Assembly (NCBI GenBank): GCA_002269645.1
Contig: NIVC01001846.1
Coordinates: forward strand, 20,573-84,572
Reading direction: 5' to 3'
DNA from: Macrostomum lignano
Taxonomy: Eukaryota
DNA length: 64,000 bases
Part shown: piece by piece, positions 35,340-47,184 of the stretch
Numbering within the stretch: position 1 is the stretch's first letter
Layout of the letters: every line of letters begins with the position of its first letter
The notes under the pieces: model-generated
Database searches by the model: none
The model's input: the letters and a program-made list of their open reading frames with translations, nothing else
What the model was told of the DNA's origin: nothing
Program-made: the position numbers and the translations under genes

Positions 35340-36145
35340 TCGGTGGATAGATTAATAGATTCTGTAGACAAATTGATAAATTCGGTAGACAGTTTGATAG
35401 ATTCGGTAGACAGTTGATAGATTCGGTAGACAGATTGATAGATTCGGTAGACAGTTGGATAGATTCGGTAGACAGTTTGATAGATTCGGTAGGCAGTTGG
35501 ATAGATTCGGTAGACAGTTGATAGATTCGGTAGACAGTTGTATAGATTCGGTAGACAGTTGGATAGATTCGGTAGACAGTTGGATAGATTCGGTAGACAG
35601 TTGTATAGATTCAGTAGACAAATTGATAGATTCGGTAGACAGATTAATAGATTCGGTAGACAGTTTGATAGATTCGGTAGACAGATTAATAGATTCGGTA
35701 GACAGTTTGATAGATTCGGTAGACAAATTGATAGATTCGGTAGACAGTTTGATAGATTCGGTAGACAGATTGATAGATTCGGTAGACAGTTGTATAGATT
35801 CGGTAGACAGTTAGGTAGATTCGGTAGACAGTTAGGTAGATTCGGTAGACAAATTGATAGATTCGGTAGACAGTTGGATAGATTCGGTACACAGTTAGGT
35901 AGATTCTGTAGACAGTTTGATAGATTCGGTAGACAGATTAATAGATTCGGTAGACAGATTGATAGATTCGGTAGACAGATTGATAGATTCGGTAGACAGT
36001 TGTATAGATTCGGTAGACAGTTGTATGGATTCGGTAGACAGTTGTATAGATTCGGTAGACAGTTGTATGGATTCGGTAGACAGTTGTATAGATTCGGTAG
36101 ACAGTTGTATAGATTCGGTAGACAGTTGTATAGATTCGGTAGATA
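35340..36145. repeat. 20-21-bp minisatellite (ATAGATTCGGTAGACAGTTG)
   Basis: Directly visible tandem units. Confidence 0.95.
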
Positions 36146-36884
36146 GACTAACAGATCATGTATATATACGCAAAAATACAAAAATATTATAAATAAGTGC
36201 ATGAGGGCAGGACTCAATGTTTATCTGACTGTATAGAAAGCATTTTATGATGCTGAGACAATTTATTCTCTGACTAATAAATTATACTTAATTTTCGATC
36301 GATCGTTTTGGAGCATGGTGTAGAAAATTAGCTTCACAAATGGTCCACCCTGGCAACGAAAGGCTGCATTTTAAAAAGTCATCACCAAACCTTAACAGGT
36401 GTGCTGCTGTATTGATGAGGCCTTTAATAACCGTTGCATCCCCTGACCGGCAATTATAAACAACAGGTCAAATTCTGATAGATTCAATTTGCTCGAATCG
36501 CTTCTCTATACCTAAGGCGGTTGCCACGCGGGTCAAAGATTGAAATAATTAGCAATTAAAGGGGTTTAATTAACCCTCTTCTTATATAACCTTACTAGCC
36601 AATCTTCAATATATTTGTGTATATTATAACACTACACAAACTGAAATACTGATAATTCCATGCATTTAACCAACCATGTCTCGTGTGACAGACCTACTGA
36701 GGAGGCTGGGACGACTTGATGACGGAAAGGAGCCCAGGATGGAGGAACCGACGGACCTGCGCGTGCTTAACAAGCGACACCTGCATAATGTGGGGTCCAA
36801 CCAATACCTGCGCAGCAGGGAGCCTGCTTTGAGAATCTTATTGATATCTCAGTTCGATTCTAAGTTGGATTCTTTGAAAAAAGA

Positions 36885-37330
36885 ATCTCACACCTGAGAT
36901 TTGGACTCTTTTGTTCATCTCAAACCTGAGATTTTAAATATTTTATTATCTCACACCTGAGATTTGGACTACTTTGATCATCTCACACCTCAGATTTGGA
37001 CTATTTTGATAATCTCACACACACCTGAGATTTGGAATCTTTTGATATCTCACACCTGAGATTGGACTATTTTGAGAATCTCACACCTGAGATAAGGAAT
37101 CTTATGATAATCTCACACCTGAGATTGGGACTTTTTGATAATCTCACACCTGTGATTTGGACTATTTTGATAATCTCACACCTGAGATTTGGACTATTTT
37201 GATAATCTGACACCTGAGATTTTCAATCTTTTGATAATCTCAAAACCGAGATTTGGACTCTTTTGATAATCTCGACCTGAGATTGGACTCTTTTTTGATA
37301 ATCTCACACCTGAGATTTGAAATCTTACGA
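36885..37330. repeat. About 32-bp degenerate minisatellite (TCTCACACCTGAGATTTGGACTATTTTGATAA)
   Basis: Directly visible tandem units. Confidence 0.9.
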
Positions 37331-37599
37331 ATCAGAATCTCATCCTTCGACAATCTGAATGTAAATCCCGCACTGGTTAACTCTGCTCGGCTCACACGTA
37401 CTGTACGAGAGTGCACTGCCCAACAGAATGCACATTCCTATTCAGTACAGCACTGTACTCAAAATCCTTCTACTGCTTGCCTGCTAGCGGGCGTGTTTCT
37501 CACGTATCCCCTGGCAACCAGCAGGCGGGCTGCAGGCAAAAGAGGAGAGAAGAGAGAAGAGAGAAGGCAACCGCGGGTCATGAGTACAGGTGAGAGCGG

Positions 37600-37915
37600 G
37601 CTCGATTGTCATTGGTTGAGCCGTTAGCCCAATTACAAGGCGAGGCGGGGTTGTTTGAGATCTGGGAGGGCTCACCGCACCACCCCACCTCCACCCCGAA
37701 ACCTTCAAAGCCAGGGCCAAACGACTCTTCTGGCTTAAGTCCCTCATCTATCTAATACCCAACACTCCCTCTTGAGCGACGAAAGAAGCAGAAGAGAAAC
37801 TGCAAAATCAAATGCATCAGTGCATCGTTTAGCAAGCAATTTACATTTAATAATTCTCATAATTCCCCTTCTTTTATTTTGACCCCGCCCGATCCAATTA
37901 TACGTCAGAGTTGAA
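37600..37915. promoter_or_regulatory. Putative PLK4 promoter region, possibly bidirectional
   Basis: GC-rich segment just upstream of the PLK4 ATG with ATTGG/CCAAT motifs near 37610, 37628 and 37893. Positional inference. Confidence 0.35.
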
Positions 37916-38071
37916 ATGTCCGACTGTGGAGAAAAGTCTGAGTTCAACTGCGACCAGCTCGGACTGGCTGCCGAGGACTACGAATTCGGTAGTCACCTTG
38001 GCGATGGCGGTTTCGGTAGAGTCTACCAGGCCACCTGCAAGCGGACTGGCAAGCCTGTGGCGATCAAAGTG
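37916..38071 (+). CDS. PLK4: Polo-like kinase 4, exon 1
   Basis: MSDCGEK...LGDGGFGRVYQATCKRTGKPVAIKV; donor GTGAGA, phase 0. Confidence 0.9.
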
Positions 38072-38104
38072 GTGAGAACTTTTTTAGTTTATACTTTTTC
38101 ATTT

Positions 38105-38410
38105 GGAGAGAGTCAGACTGGTCAGACGGAGAGTCAGACTGGTCAGACGGAGAGTCAGAATGGTCAGACGGAGAGTCATATTGGTCAGGCGGAGAGTCAT
38201 ATTGGTCAGACGGAGAGTCATATTGGTCAGACGGAGAGTCAGACTGGTCAGACGCAGAGAGTCAGACTGGACAGATAGAGAGTTAGACTAGTCAGACGGA
38301 GAGTCAAACTGGTCAGACGGAGAGAGAGTCCGACTGGTCAATCAGAGAGAGTCAGACTAGTAACGGGAAGAGAATCACATTAGTCAGACGGAGAGTTAGA
38401 TTGGTCAGAG
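38105..38410. repeat. 21-bp intronic minisatellite (GAGAGTCAGACTGGTCAGACG)
   Basis: Directly visible tandem units. Confidence 0.9.
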
Positions 38411-39081
38411 AGATTAGTGAGGCAGGATTACACACTGGAAATATCATGTAGGCGGAGCCCAATCAACTCCTATATGGTAGTGCAGGGAAACAACCGGACC
38501 CCGCCCCTGCATCCCCAACCTCCCTGTCCTACTCTTATCAAGATGGTAACCACCCAGAGATCCTGTCACAGCCTTGAGCATCGCGGAGACTCCGCAGTAT
38601 TGGTGCAGGCTGGGAGGCCGATTCTGCGGTATATCCCTAACCCACACTGTAATCTCCCGACCCATCTAATCACCTGGCACCCGCAAGGATGGGACTAGTG
38701 ACAGACTCACTGACTGACCACAGAAAGCTTCATAAATCTATATACGGGATTCTTCAAATTCCAAAAATCGAATCCTAAAATAGAAATTTGTTTTAAGTTG
38801 AGCAAACAATTGAAAATTTGACTGGAATTTTAAACTTTTAGAGACCGTCGATCAAGGTTTGACACTGAGACAACAAAGTGTGACATGCATAAACTAACAA
38901 ATTATATCTATTGAAAATTTTCATGCCTATAATTTGAAAGTTGAAAGAGTTAGGTATAGAATAAACATATATTAGTGTGCATGGTGCGACTCTATAGCAT
39001 TGACAATATATGAAAGTTACGAGTGACAAAACAGACGTGAGAACGCTGACCACTGGGCGATTATTAAAAAGTCAACATTTA

Positions 39082-40389
39082 CGAGGGATACTCTAAAAGT
39101 TTTGCAATTCAACTATTTAAAGTTAATTTTGCCAAACTTTTCTATTACAATCCTTCAAAGTAGGCTCCCCGGAACTGCAAACACTTGTGCGCTCGTCCGA
39201 GCCACTTGTTCATCAAGCCCTGGAAGTCTTCAATTGGGATGCCGTCAATCGCCTCCTTCGCCGCCTGCTCCAGCTCCTCGTCGGACTGAAACCTGTGCCC
39301 CCTAAGCGACTTTTTGATTTCTGGAAAGAGCCAGAAGTCGCAGGGGGCGAGGTCTGGTGAGTAGGGCGGGTGTGGTAGTGTTGAAATGCCCTCTTGGTCC
39401 AGGAACGCTCGAGTTGCAGCAGCCGTGTGGGCGGGGGCGTTGTCATGGTGAAGTTTCTGCCCTCGCATTCCCGTCCTTGGCGCCCTCTGGGTCACGCTGT
39501 CGATCACGACTGGCAAGCACTCTTCAGTGTACCATCGAGCAGTGACTGTAGCTTGACCCTCCAGCTTCACCATCGCCACCACGCCTTGTGAGTCGAAGAA
39601 GATGGCAAACATCCGCTTGCCCTGGGACCGGGACCGCCTTGCTTTCAGGGGTCGTTGACCACCTTTCGGCACCCACTCTGCACTGCTGCGCTTTGTCTCG
39701 ACGTCAAAATGATAGAGAAACGTCTCATCACCAGTGATGACCTCAGAGCGGCGCTGATGGCTCCCGTGCTCATATCGATCGATGAGAAACTGACAGAACT
39801 CCCTGCGGGCCTGTTTCTGAGCATCTGTCAGGATGTGGGGTATCCATCGGGCACAAAGCTTCCTGACTCTCAGGTGATCGTGTAGAATCGTATCGACCGC
39901 TGCCGATCCAATGCCGACATTCATAGCTAGCATGTCCGTGGTGATTCGCGGATCCTGATGAATCGGCTCCTGCACTGCAGCGATGTTTTCCTCCGTCGCT
40001 GCTGTCGGAGGTCTCCCGGGCCGGGGGTCGTCAGAAAAGCTGGTCCTGCCGGCCTGGAACTCGCGGTACCAGCGTGTAACCGTAGCATATGACGGCGCTT
40101 GAGCCTCCAATGTTGCTAGTAGCTCGGCATGAGTCTCAAGCGCCGTGAGCTTTCGCTTGTGGCAGTACCAAATTAGTAGCCGATTCTGCTCACGATTCAA
40201 TTCCATGGCTGCAGCTGTACAGTTAAGGAGTCTCTGACTTTGACTGGGGGCTGAGCAGGCGTATATGTATGAATTCACTTGAAAATTGAGGTGGGGACTA
40301 TGTACATGTTTATTGTACAGAGAGTTGGTTTTGAAGATTGTGCGACTTGCGCAAGTGGTTGAATTGCAAAACTTTTGGAGTATCCCTCG
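39082..40389 (-). mobile_element. Full-length mariner (DD34D) transposon in PLK4 intron 1
   Basis: 32-bp TIRs CGAGGGATACTC(T/C)AAAAGTTTTGCAATTCAAC with one mismatch, TA TSDs at 39080-39081 and 40390-40391, 1308 bp. Confidence 0.95.
39145..40206 (-). CDS. Mariner transposase, 353 aa, intact
   Basis: MELNREQNR..., HTH with PRPGRP, WIPHILT, TGDETF, HHDNAPAH, PYSPDLAPCDF; 34 residues between the 2nd and 3rd Asp. Confidence 0.95.
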   Translation of the reverse strand: MELNREQNRLLIWYCHKRKLTALETHAELLATLEAQAPSYATVTRWYREFQAGRTSFSDDPRPGRPPTAATEENIAAVQEPIHQDPRITTDMLAMNVGIGSAAVDTILHDHLRVRKLCARWIPHILTDAQKQARREFCQFLIDRYEHGSHQRRSEVITGDETFLYHFDVETKRSSAEWVPKGGQRPLKARRSRSQGKRMFAIFFDSQGVVAMVKLEGQATVTARWYTEECLPVVIDSVTQRAPRTGMRGQKLHHDNAPAHTAAATRAFLDQEGISTLPHPPYSPDLAPCDFWLFPEIKKSLRGHRFQSDEELEQAAKEAIDGIPIEDFQGLMNKWLGRAHKCLQFRGAYFEGL

Positions 40390-40483
40390 TAGATTCAACA
40401 AAAGTTGAATTGGATTTCCAATTCTGTCTCGCAATAACCTACAATGCCACGTCTCCTATTCACAACAATCCCGCATTGTACAG

Positions 40484-40579
40484 TTGGACAAACGGAAGGT
40501 CCACCAACGCAATATGACGAGCCGCGTGATCAGCGAGATCAGCATTCACCAACGGCTCAGGCATCAGTTTGTGCTGCAG
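40484..40579 (+). CDS. PLK4: PLK4 exon 2
   Basis: TACAG | LDKRKVHQRNMTSRVISEISIHQRLRHQFVLQ | GTGAG; alphaC Glu. Confidence 0.9.
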
Positions 40580-41378
40580 GTGAGCAAAATTTGAACTCAA
40601 ACTAATCTAACACTGCTGGAACTCGGTGCTTTGTGCCAGATTTCAATAGAACTACGAGTATAGCACAGGCAGGAAAGATACTGCGCATGAATAGCCCAGT
40701 GCGCTCTTGCTTAGTCAGTCAGACAGACAGACAGCAGTAGCAGGAGATGAGGTGGACGGGTGAGGCAGAGAGAGAGAGCCAGCCTGCTTGCAGGTGAGTA
40801 GACAGAGAGAGGCACACTGTACAGCAAGTGTACATCCAATGCGCAGCAGAGTGCAGTGAAACGTTGAAGAGAAGGAAAGAGAGAAAATGGCAGGAGAGTT
40901 GAAACGAAGGATTGTGTACACACTGAGTGACCTCGAGTAAGCAAAAGCTTCTAACAGAAAAATGCATGCAGCATTCCCGCCTCACAGTCCCTTGGTACCC
41001 ATGGCCTATGCAGGTGTGTCTTTACCCTACCGATTCGTTAAAAAGAGATTTTCAAGTGGTAGACTCAGGTAGACTGAATAGTATGGGGGGTAGGGGTGTT
41101 GAGCCAATTCTTTAAATAATTAAATTAATCAACAGTTCAGTGACACCTCGATTACTCTCGGCAGCTGGTCAGTGAAGACAGATAGCGCGTTGATGTTGGC
41201 TTTTGCTTGGAATGCTCTTCAAGTGGAGCGCAATGGCGCTTCTTTAATCAGCCAGTGGGTGGTCAAGCGGTTTTTAAAGAGTCTGTGATGACAGTTTTGC
41301 TATCCCGTATACTCCATCACATGTTCTATCGCCGGTAACTAAAAACTCCACCCCACACACATGCGCCACACACTGCAG

Positions 41379-41490
41379 CTCTACTCATACTTTGAGGACA
41401 CCGCCAATGTCTACATTGTGCTGGAACTGTGCCAGGGCGGAAATCTGCACGACTATGTACGACGCAATGGCTGCCTCAGCGAAGACAAAG
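41379..41490 (+). CDS. PLK4: PLK4 exon 3
   Basis: LYSYFEDTANVYIVLELCQGGNLHDYVRRNGCLSEDK; phase 1 donor. Confidence 0.9.
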
Positions 41491-41590
41491 GTTGGTCCGA
41501 GCGAAAGTCCCAACAGTTTAGAAGAGTAAATCAAGGAATCTATCAATCAATAATTAAAAAACACATCACCCCAAAACCATTCTTTTGTAG

Positions 41591-41703
41591 TTCGCTACTT
41601 TCTTAAGCAGATCGTTGCTGGCCTGTGCTATTTGCATCGGAGCGGAATCATTCACAGGGATCTCACCCTGGCAAACCTGCTGCTCACTGAAGACTGCAAA
41701 GTG
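41591..41703 (+). CDS. PLK4: PLK4 exon 4
   Basis: VRYFLKQIVAGLCYLHRSGIIHRDLTLANLLLTEDCKV; HRDLTLxNLLL is the PLK4-type catalytic loop. Confidence 0.93.
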
Positions 41704-41771
41704 GTGAGTTGCATTGGGTATGAATTGGTGTTTGGTGTGTAGGAAAGAGTGTTGTAATTAGCGACCTTAGA

Positions 41772-42305
41772 AAAACGGCGCTCCCAGAACGACGCCCTCA
41801 AAACGGCGCTCCCTAAACGGCGCCCCCAAAACGGCGCCCCCAAAACGGCGCCCCCAAAACGGCATTCCCTAAACGGCGCCCCCAAAACGGCGCTCCCTAA
41901 ACGGCGCCCCCAAAACGACACTCCCTAAACGGCGCCCCCAAAACGGCGCTCCCTAAACGGCGCCCCCAAAACGGCGCTCCCTAAACGGCGCTCCCTAAAC
42001 GGCGCTCCCTAAACGGCGCCCCCAAAACGGCGCTCCCTAAACGGCGCCCCCAAAACGGCGCTCCCTAAACGGCGCCCCCAAAACGGCACTCCTTAAACGG
42101 CGCCCCCAAAACGGCGCTCCCTAAACGGCGCTCCCTAAACGGCGCTCCCTAAACGGCGCCCCCAAAACGGCGCTCCCTAAACGGCGCCCCCAAAACGGCA
42201 CTCCTTAAACGGCGCCCCCAAAACGGCGCTCCCTAAACGGCGCTCCCTAAACGGCGCTCCCTAAACGGCGCCCCCAAAACGGCGCTTCCTAAACGGCGCT
42301 TCCAA
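41772..42305. repeat. 14-15-bp intronic minisatellite (AAACGGCGCTCCCT / AAACGGCGCCCCCA)
   Basis: Directly visible tandem units. Confidence 0.95.
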
Positions 42306-42355
42306 AACGTTCAAAAGAAATGACAATTTTTTTCTTTCTGTCTTTTTTCCTGCAG

Positions 42356-42441
42356 AAGATCTCGGACTTCGGGCTAGCCGCTGAACTGTCGGAGGACCGG
42401 ACCAACAAGACCATGTGCGGCACTCCAAACTACATCTCACC
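42356..42441 (+). CDS. PLK4: PLK4 exon 5
   Basis: [29 protein letters not shown]; phase 2 donor. Confidence 0.93.
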
Positions 42442-43172
42442 GTGAGTTCTCACACCGACATTACACTGTTAATTGAAACACCGACAACACATAGTTGTAA
42501 ATTGTAAAAATGATAATTTTATGCTAATTGATCTGTTAAACCTGACTGTTTTTGCCATCGCTATCTCTCTAAAACCATCCCGTTGAGCAACTGGGATTTC
42601 TAATTGATCAGTTTTCTACCTGATTGAGTCAATGCTTGATTGGCATTTTTTCGTTAGCAATGAATTCGGGCAGAAGAACCTCGGGAATTGCGACTAACAG
42701 TCTTGCCAGAGATTGTCAGGTTCCGCCAATGAGTTTAGGTGCAAAGTCTGTCAGCTCAAGTCAGTCGAGACGGCAAACCAACAAATTGATTCAAAATAAG
42801 ATTCCCAAGAACAAATTTGCCCCCGAGGCTTGAGCGCCGGCTTCAGGATGCGTTGCGAAATCTTCAGACCCCAGCACCTCCAGCTGGACAAGGAGGAAAT
42901 CTTGCTGTGGTTCCGCAGCTTAGGTGGCACGCTCTGGCGCTTCCAAAGTGTGGGGAAAAGTCAGAGTTCAGTTCTGTAGACACTTTGGCTTAAAATCCAG
43001 ATCAGCCAACATCAGCCAGACAGATCGCGCTGCATGAGTGAACATGAGCAGTTGTTGAAATTTGAGCAATAAAAACAGTCTATATATTGTTTCAATTTTA
43101 CTATGCGCAATTTGATTTTTATGATATCATATTTTCAAACAATCAAACATTGAACCTTGCATGCCACTGCAG

Positions 43173-43443
43173 GGAGGTCAGCAGTCAGGGAGTGCAAGGT
43201 CCAGAAGTGGACGTCTGGTCGTTGGGCGTGATGTTGTACACCATGCTGGTTGGCAAGGCGCCGTTCGACACCAAGGACCCGAAGTCGACCATAGACAACG
43301 CTAGGCGGCTGAAGTACGACATCCCGGGCAGCCTGCACCCCGAGGCCATCGACCTGATTGCTAAACTGCTGCGGGAGAGACCGAAAGAGCGACTGACTCT
43401 GGCTCAAGTTCTGCAGCACCCGTTCATGCGGGACAAGGCGCAT
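43173..43443 (+). CDS. PLK4: PLK4 exon 6
   Basis: EVSSQGVQGPEVDVWSLGVMLYTMLVGKAPFD...LAQVLQHPFMRDKAH; donor GTGAGT. Confidence 0.92.
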
Positions 43444-43469
43444 GTGAGTGCTCTTTGCCAGGTCAAAAA

Positions 43470-43812
43470 ACCAAAAATGGCACTCATCACGGATCCCAAA
43501 AATGGCACTTATCACAGATCCCAAAAATGGCACTCATCACGGATCCCAAAAATGGCACTTATCACAGATCCCAAAAATGGCACTCATCACGGATCCCAAA
43601 AATGGCACTTATCACAGATCCCAAAAATGGCACTTATCACAGATCCCAAAAATGGCACTCATCATCACAGATCCCAAAAATGGCACTCATCATCACAGAT
43701 CCCAAAAATGGCACTCATCATCACAGTTCCCAAAAATGACATTCATCATCACAGATCCCGAAAATGGCACTCATCACAGATCCCAAAAATGGCACTCATC
43801 ATCACAGATCCC
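43470..43812. repeat. 25-28-bp intronic minisatellite (CACAGATCCCAAAAATGGCACTCAT)
   Basis: Directly visible tandem units. Confidence 0.92.
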
Positions 43813-44871
43813 ATGGCAGAAGCCATCGTCTCACACTGTCAGGGAATTTGTCGATATCTGCCGACAGGTGGGTGGCTACTGTAGACAAAATCTCTTTATC
43901 ACACACAGAGGCCAGCCGCCCCCCAAACACATGAAGTATTTCGTCTTATCATCGATAACGACGCCCCTACACCCCCTGATCCCAGTATCCATGGCATGAG
44001 ATGGATAGGAATTCCTAAGCTGTTGCGATAGCCTTGTCTGTCCGCCCTCCCGTCTCGGGGATGACGCCGTATAACAAAAAGTGACCAACTTATTGCGTAA
44101 GACTTTGAGCTGTGGGAGAGATTGCTCGCCGTCTCCTCTCCCCGGCTTCCAGATCCCCCCTCCTCGATTGTAAATATTTATTATCCTTCAAAAGCCATTC
44201 TAAAAAGCCGAAATGCCTCAGCTCAGCTTCCCTTGACCGAGCGAGGCAGAGGAACTGGCCAACTGGTCATCCCTAGCAACCAGGGATTGCGATGAAAGCA
44301 AAATGGACACAACAAGCGCTGTTGCTTGCAGAGGACAGGATTCACGGGGAAGGAAATTAAATTCCTATCTTTTAATATTTTGAGAATCTATAGAATATGC
44401 TGTTACTCTGCCATCCACAGCTCTTGAGAGCCGCTGTTGCATCCCCTATAGAAACCAGATGGACTGCAGAGGGTGGGGAATAGCGGATCGATTGTATCCC
44501 ATGCATCACTCTCGCCTATTTTTGAGCGCTCGATACTCGAGCGTTGGAAAAGTTTTGAGTGCAGGCGAGAAATGAAAGTGTGTAGAGGTTCAATCCTATC
44601 AAGTGCCCATCAGTAGCCCCTATCTCTCTCTCTAAAAATCTGGTTGCCAAGGCACTTGTTGAGCTTCGGTTCGGACAAAACAAAAGCGGACTCATCACAG
44701 TCCCCCGGTCCATTTTTCGAACTTCGTCAACCAAAACGGGGCGGTTATTATTATTAGAATTTAATGGAGTAACGACAATTGTTCCGCAGAGAGAAAAAAA
44801 TCATATTTTTCCATTCTCCATTCGGTCTTCAACAATAACTATTAATTGTTCCAATTCTGCGAACCTTCTAG

Positions 44872-45891
44872 GAGAGAAGCACCAGCAACGATTCGGGCAA
44901 CGATTCGGTTCAGAGCGGCTCGCACTGTCTGGCCGCCTCCACCCCCATCCCTGCCGCCGCCTCATCGGTCGCCACGCCATCAACTCCAGCCTCCGTGTCG
45001 CTGTCCCGGCCTCAGCTTCATCAAGTTGAGCAGCGCCAGCATCGGCCGGCGCCAGCAGCAGCTTCAACGCCGCATCTGCAGACGGCCGCCAGCCTGCGGC
45101 GGTGCCACTCGGACGGTCGGCAGGCCGGAGGAGCCGCCAGCAACGCTGCCACCGCCGCCACAGGAGGAGTTTTGGCCGGGCACTCCAGGCACAGCGAAGG
45201 CTACTCAAGCGCCGTCCAGTCCGAGGGCAGCCCGCTGGGTCCGCAGGCGGCTCCAAGGCTTCAACAGCTTCAGCAGCATCAGCAGCCTCTCGACACCGTG
45301 TCAGACGGTCCGCAGTCCTGCGCCTCATCCAACCCGACCTCCTCGCTGGGCTCTCAGCGCGGACGTCGACTGCCGCAGAACCCGCTGAGCACCGCCCGCC
45401 TGGAGCCGTGTCGGGTTGTCAAGGGCCCGACCGTGTTTAGCCTGACTGCCGATGGCGACCTCACAGTCGAACAGTTCAAAGTCGGTGGAAGGAAGTCCAC
45501 GCCACCAAGAAGGGTGCTGAGAATCGAACCAGATGGCCGACACGTTGCTCTGATCAGCGACCAGCAGCAGCAAGACAGCCTGGACTGGTCATCAGCTGAG
45601 AAGTTCATCTTCCCGGATCTGCCAGACCGAGCTGCCCGACTCTACCAGCTCGCAGACTCCTTCATCAGCATCCTGCGCAGCAACACCGCCAAGGTTGTGC
45701 TGCACACGGACCGAGCCAGGTGCGTGCTGTTCGAGAACAGCGAGCCGGAGCCCGACTTTGCCGTGTACTTCTACAACGGCCGTCGGGCAGCTCGACGCAA
45801 TGGCGGACTTCGAATGACAGTCGACGGCAAGCCGATCGAGCTGCGCAGTTTGTCGCCAGATGAAGCGGAGATTCTGCATTATGTTAATGAG
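44872..45891 (+). CDS. PLK4: PLK4 exon 7 (degron, linker, cryptic polo boxes PB1-PB2)
   Basis: ERSTSNDSGNDS..., PLSTARLEP, RVLRIEPDG, LYQLADSFISILRSNTAKVVLHTDRARCVLFENSEPEPDFAVYFYNG; 1020 nt, phase 0 at both ends. Confidence 0.88.
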
Positions 45892-46764
45892 GTGAGCCAG
45901 CGGCCCATCAAGCACAATCGCTGCCCCCGCCCAGTGTTTTACCTTCATCCGCTTGCCCGATTTTGCCAAAATTGATTGCCGAAGTCGCCCTAGCCCCCGA
46001 GTTACTGTGTCTGTGTATTATAGCTTTGAATTTCGGTAATGCTAATTAAACCCCTGGACTGATGGGGCTAATAATGGATGAATAGATTGGAGGCTGGATG
46101 GGAGAGAGCTTTGTGAGGCCGTCACAGCTGGTGGGTGGATCGACTGGTAGCCATAGGTCACCCCTCACTCTGTGTGTGTTGTGAAACCGCTTACTCAATC
46201 GCTCTCCCACACTCACACAGAGAGGATGTTGAGAGACTGCTCACCGCCGTCCCTCAGGTGGGCGGGGGAGGGGGCAGCTCTGTTGCTAGCTGGCTGACCC
46301 GCGCCGAACACACCCAGAGCTCTGAGCGCCTTAATTAGTTGCCGTGCGGGTGGCCATTGTTGGTCCAATATAGATTCCGGAGCGGCGCCACAAAATTTTA
46401 TCCCTCTCTCCAGCTCCTAAATAATTCCCGCCCCATCTAATCAATATTCCCGGTATTCCCGGGCAGAAGAGGCGGCCGCGTGTCTCATTAAAGGCGAGAT
46501 CCCCTCCTCTGCGTGCCATATCTGACCGGGCAATGTAGTCAAGGCATATTTCGCATGGGATTTAGGCGAGACAAGAGCCGAATGGAGAATCCTCTTGAGA
46601 TTAAGAGAGTAAAATTTGCTCGCCGAAGCAAGCTCAAGTCATTCACCCTCCGGTGGCTAATGAGGGAATCGGTTTGGTCGCCAAGGGGTGGGAAGAATTT
46701 CCCCAAATCCGGAGCTAATTATTTCTAATATCCAACCGTCATTGATCCCGTTTGCTTATTCCAG

Positions 46765-47184
46765 ACCTTCGACCAGGTGAAACGAGTCGAGTCCGCGCTG
46801 ACCGCCCTGTCCTCGCCGGGCCGCTGCTGCTTCCCCGCCACTATCGGTCGAGCGCCAGCCGATTCGGGGCTCGAACCCGCGACCTCATCGTCGAAGTCTA
46901 CCCCGACTCCGACACCGGTTCCAATTCCGACTCAGCCGCTGCTGCAGGTGGCGGATGTGCAGCAGCTGAGCGACAACGACACCAGGGTCCTGTTCAGCGA
47001 CGGCAGCCTCCTGGAGATCCGACAGGACGGCTCCGAGCAGCTGCGCTCTCTCGACTACACCGACCCTTTCGGCCATAGACAGCGGCTCGAGTCCAGCCAG
47101 CGACGGCCCTTGGCCGACACGCCGTTGCCCGCCGACATCCAGCGCCGTCTGGGCCTCCTGCTGCTGGGCAAGTCCCGAGCATGA
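46765..47184 (+). CDS. PLK4: PLK4 exon 8 (end of PB2 and PB3)
   Basis: TFDQVKRVESAL...CFPATIGR...QQLSDNDTRVLFSDGSLLEI...YTDPFG...LPADIQRRLGLL...*; total protein about 757 aa. Confidence 0.88.
   Translation, partial: TFDQVKRVESALTALSSPGRCCFPATIGRAPADSGLEPATSSSKSTPTPTPVPIPTQPLLQVADVQQLSDNDTRVLFSDGSLLEIRQDGSEQLRSLDYTDPFGHRQRLESSQRRPLADTPLPADIQRRLGLLLLGKSRA

Noticed and set aside
40207-40434. N-terminal extension of the 429-aa mariner ORF
   Set aside because: It starts at a TTG outside the TIR; the transposase-like sequence begins at the ATG at 40206.
41200-41335. Minus-strand FKNRLTTHW, resembling a CR1/L2 LINE C-terminus
   Set aside because: The upstream WN.LP motif is absent and no RT sequence is adjacent.
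42949-42971. Intronic TGTGGGGAAAAGTCAGAGTTCAG resembling PLK4 exon 1 (CGEKSEF)
   Set aside because: 20/23 identity with no extension on either side; a rough estimate puts such a match within chance for a 64-kb self-comparison.
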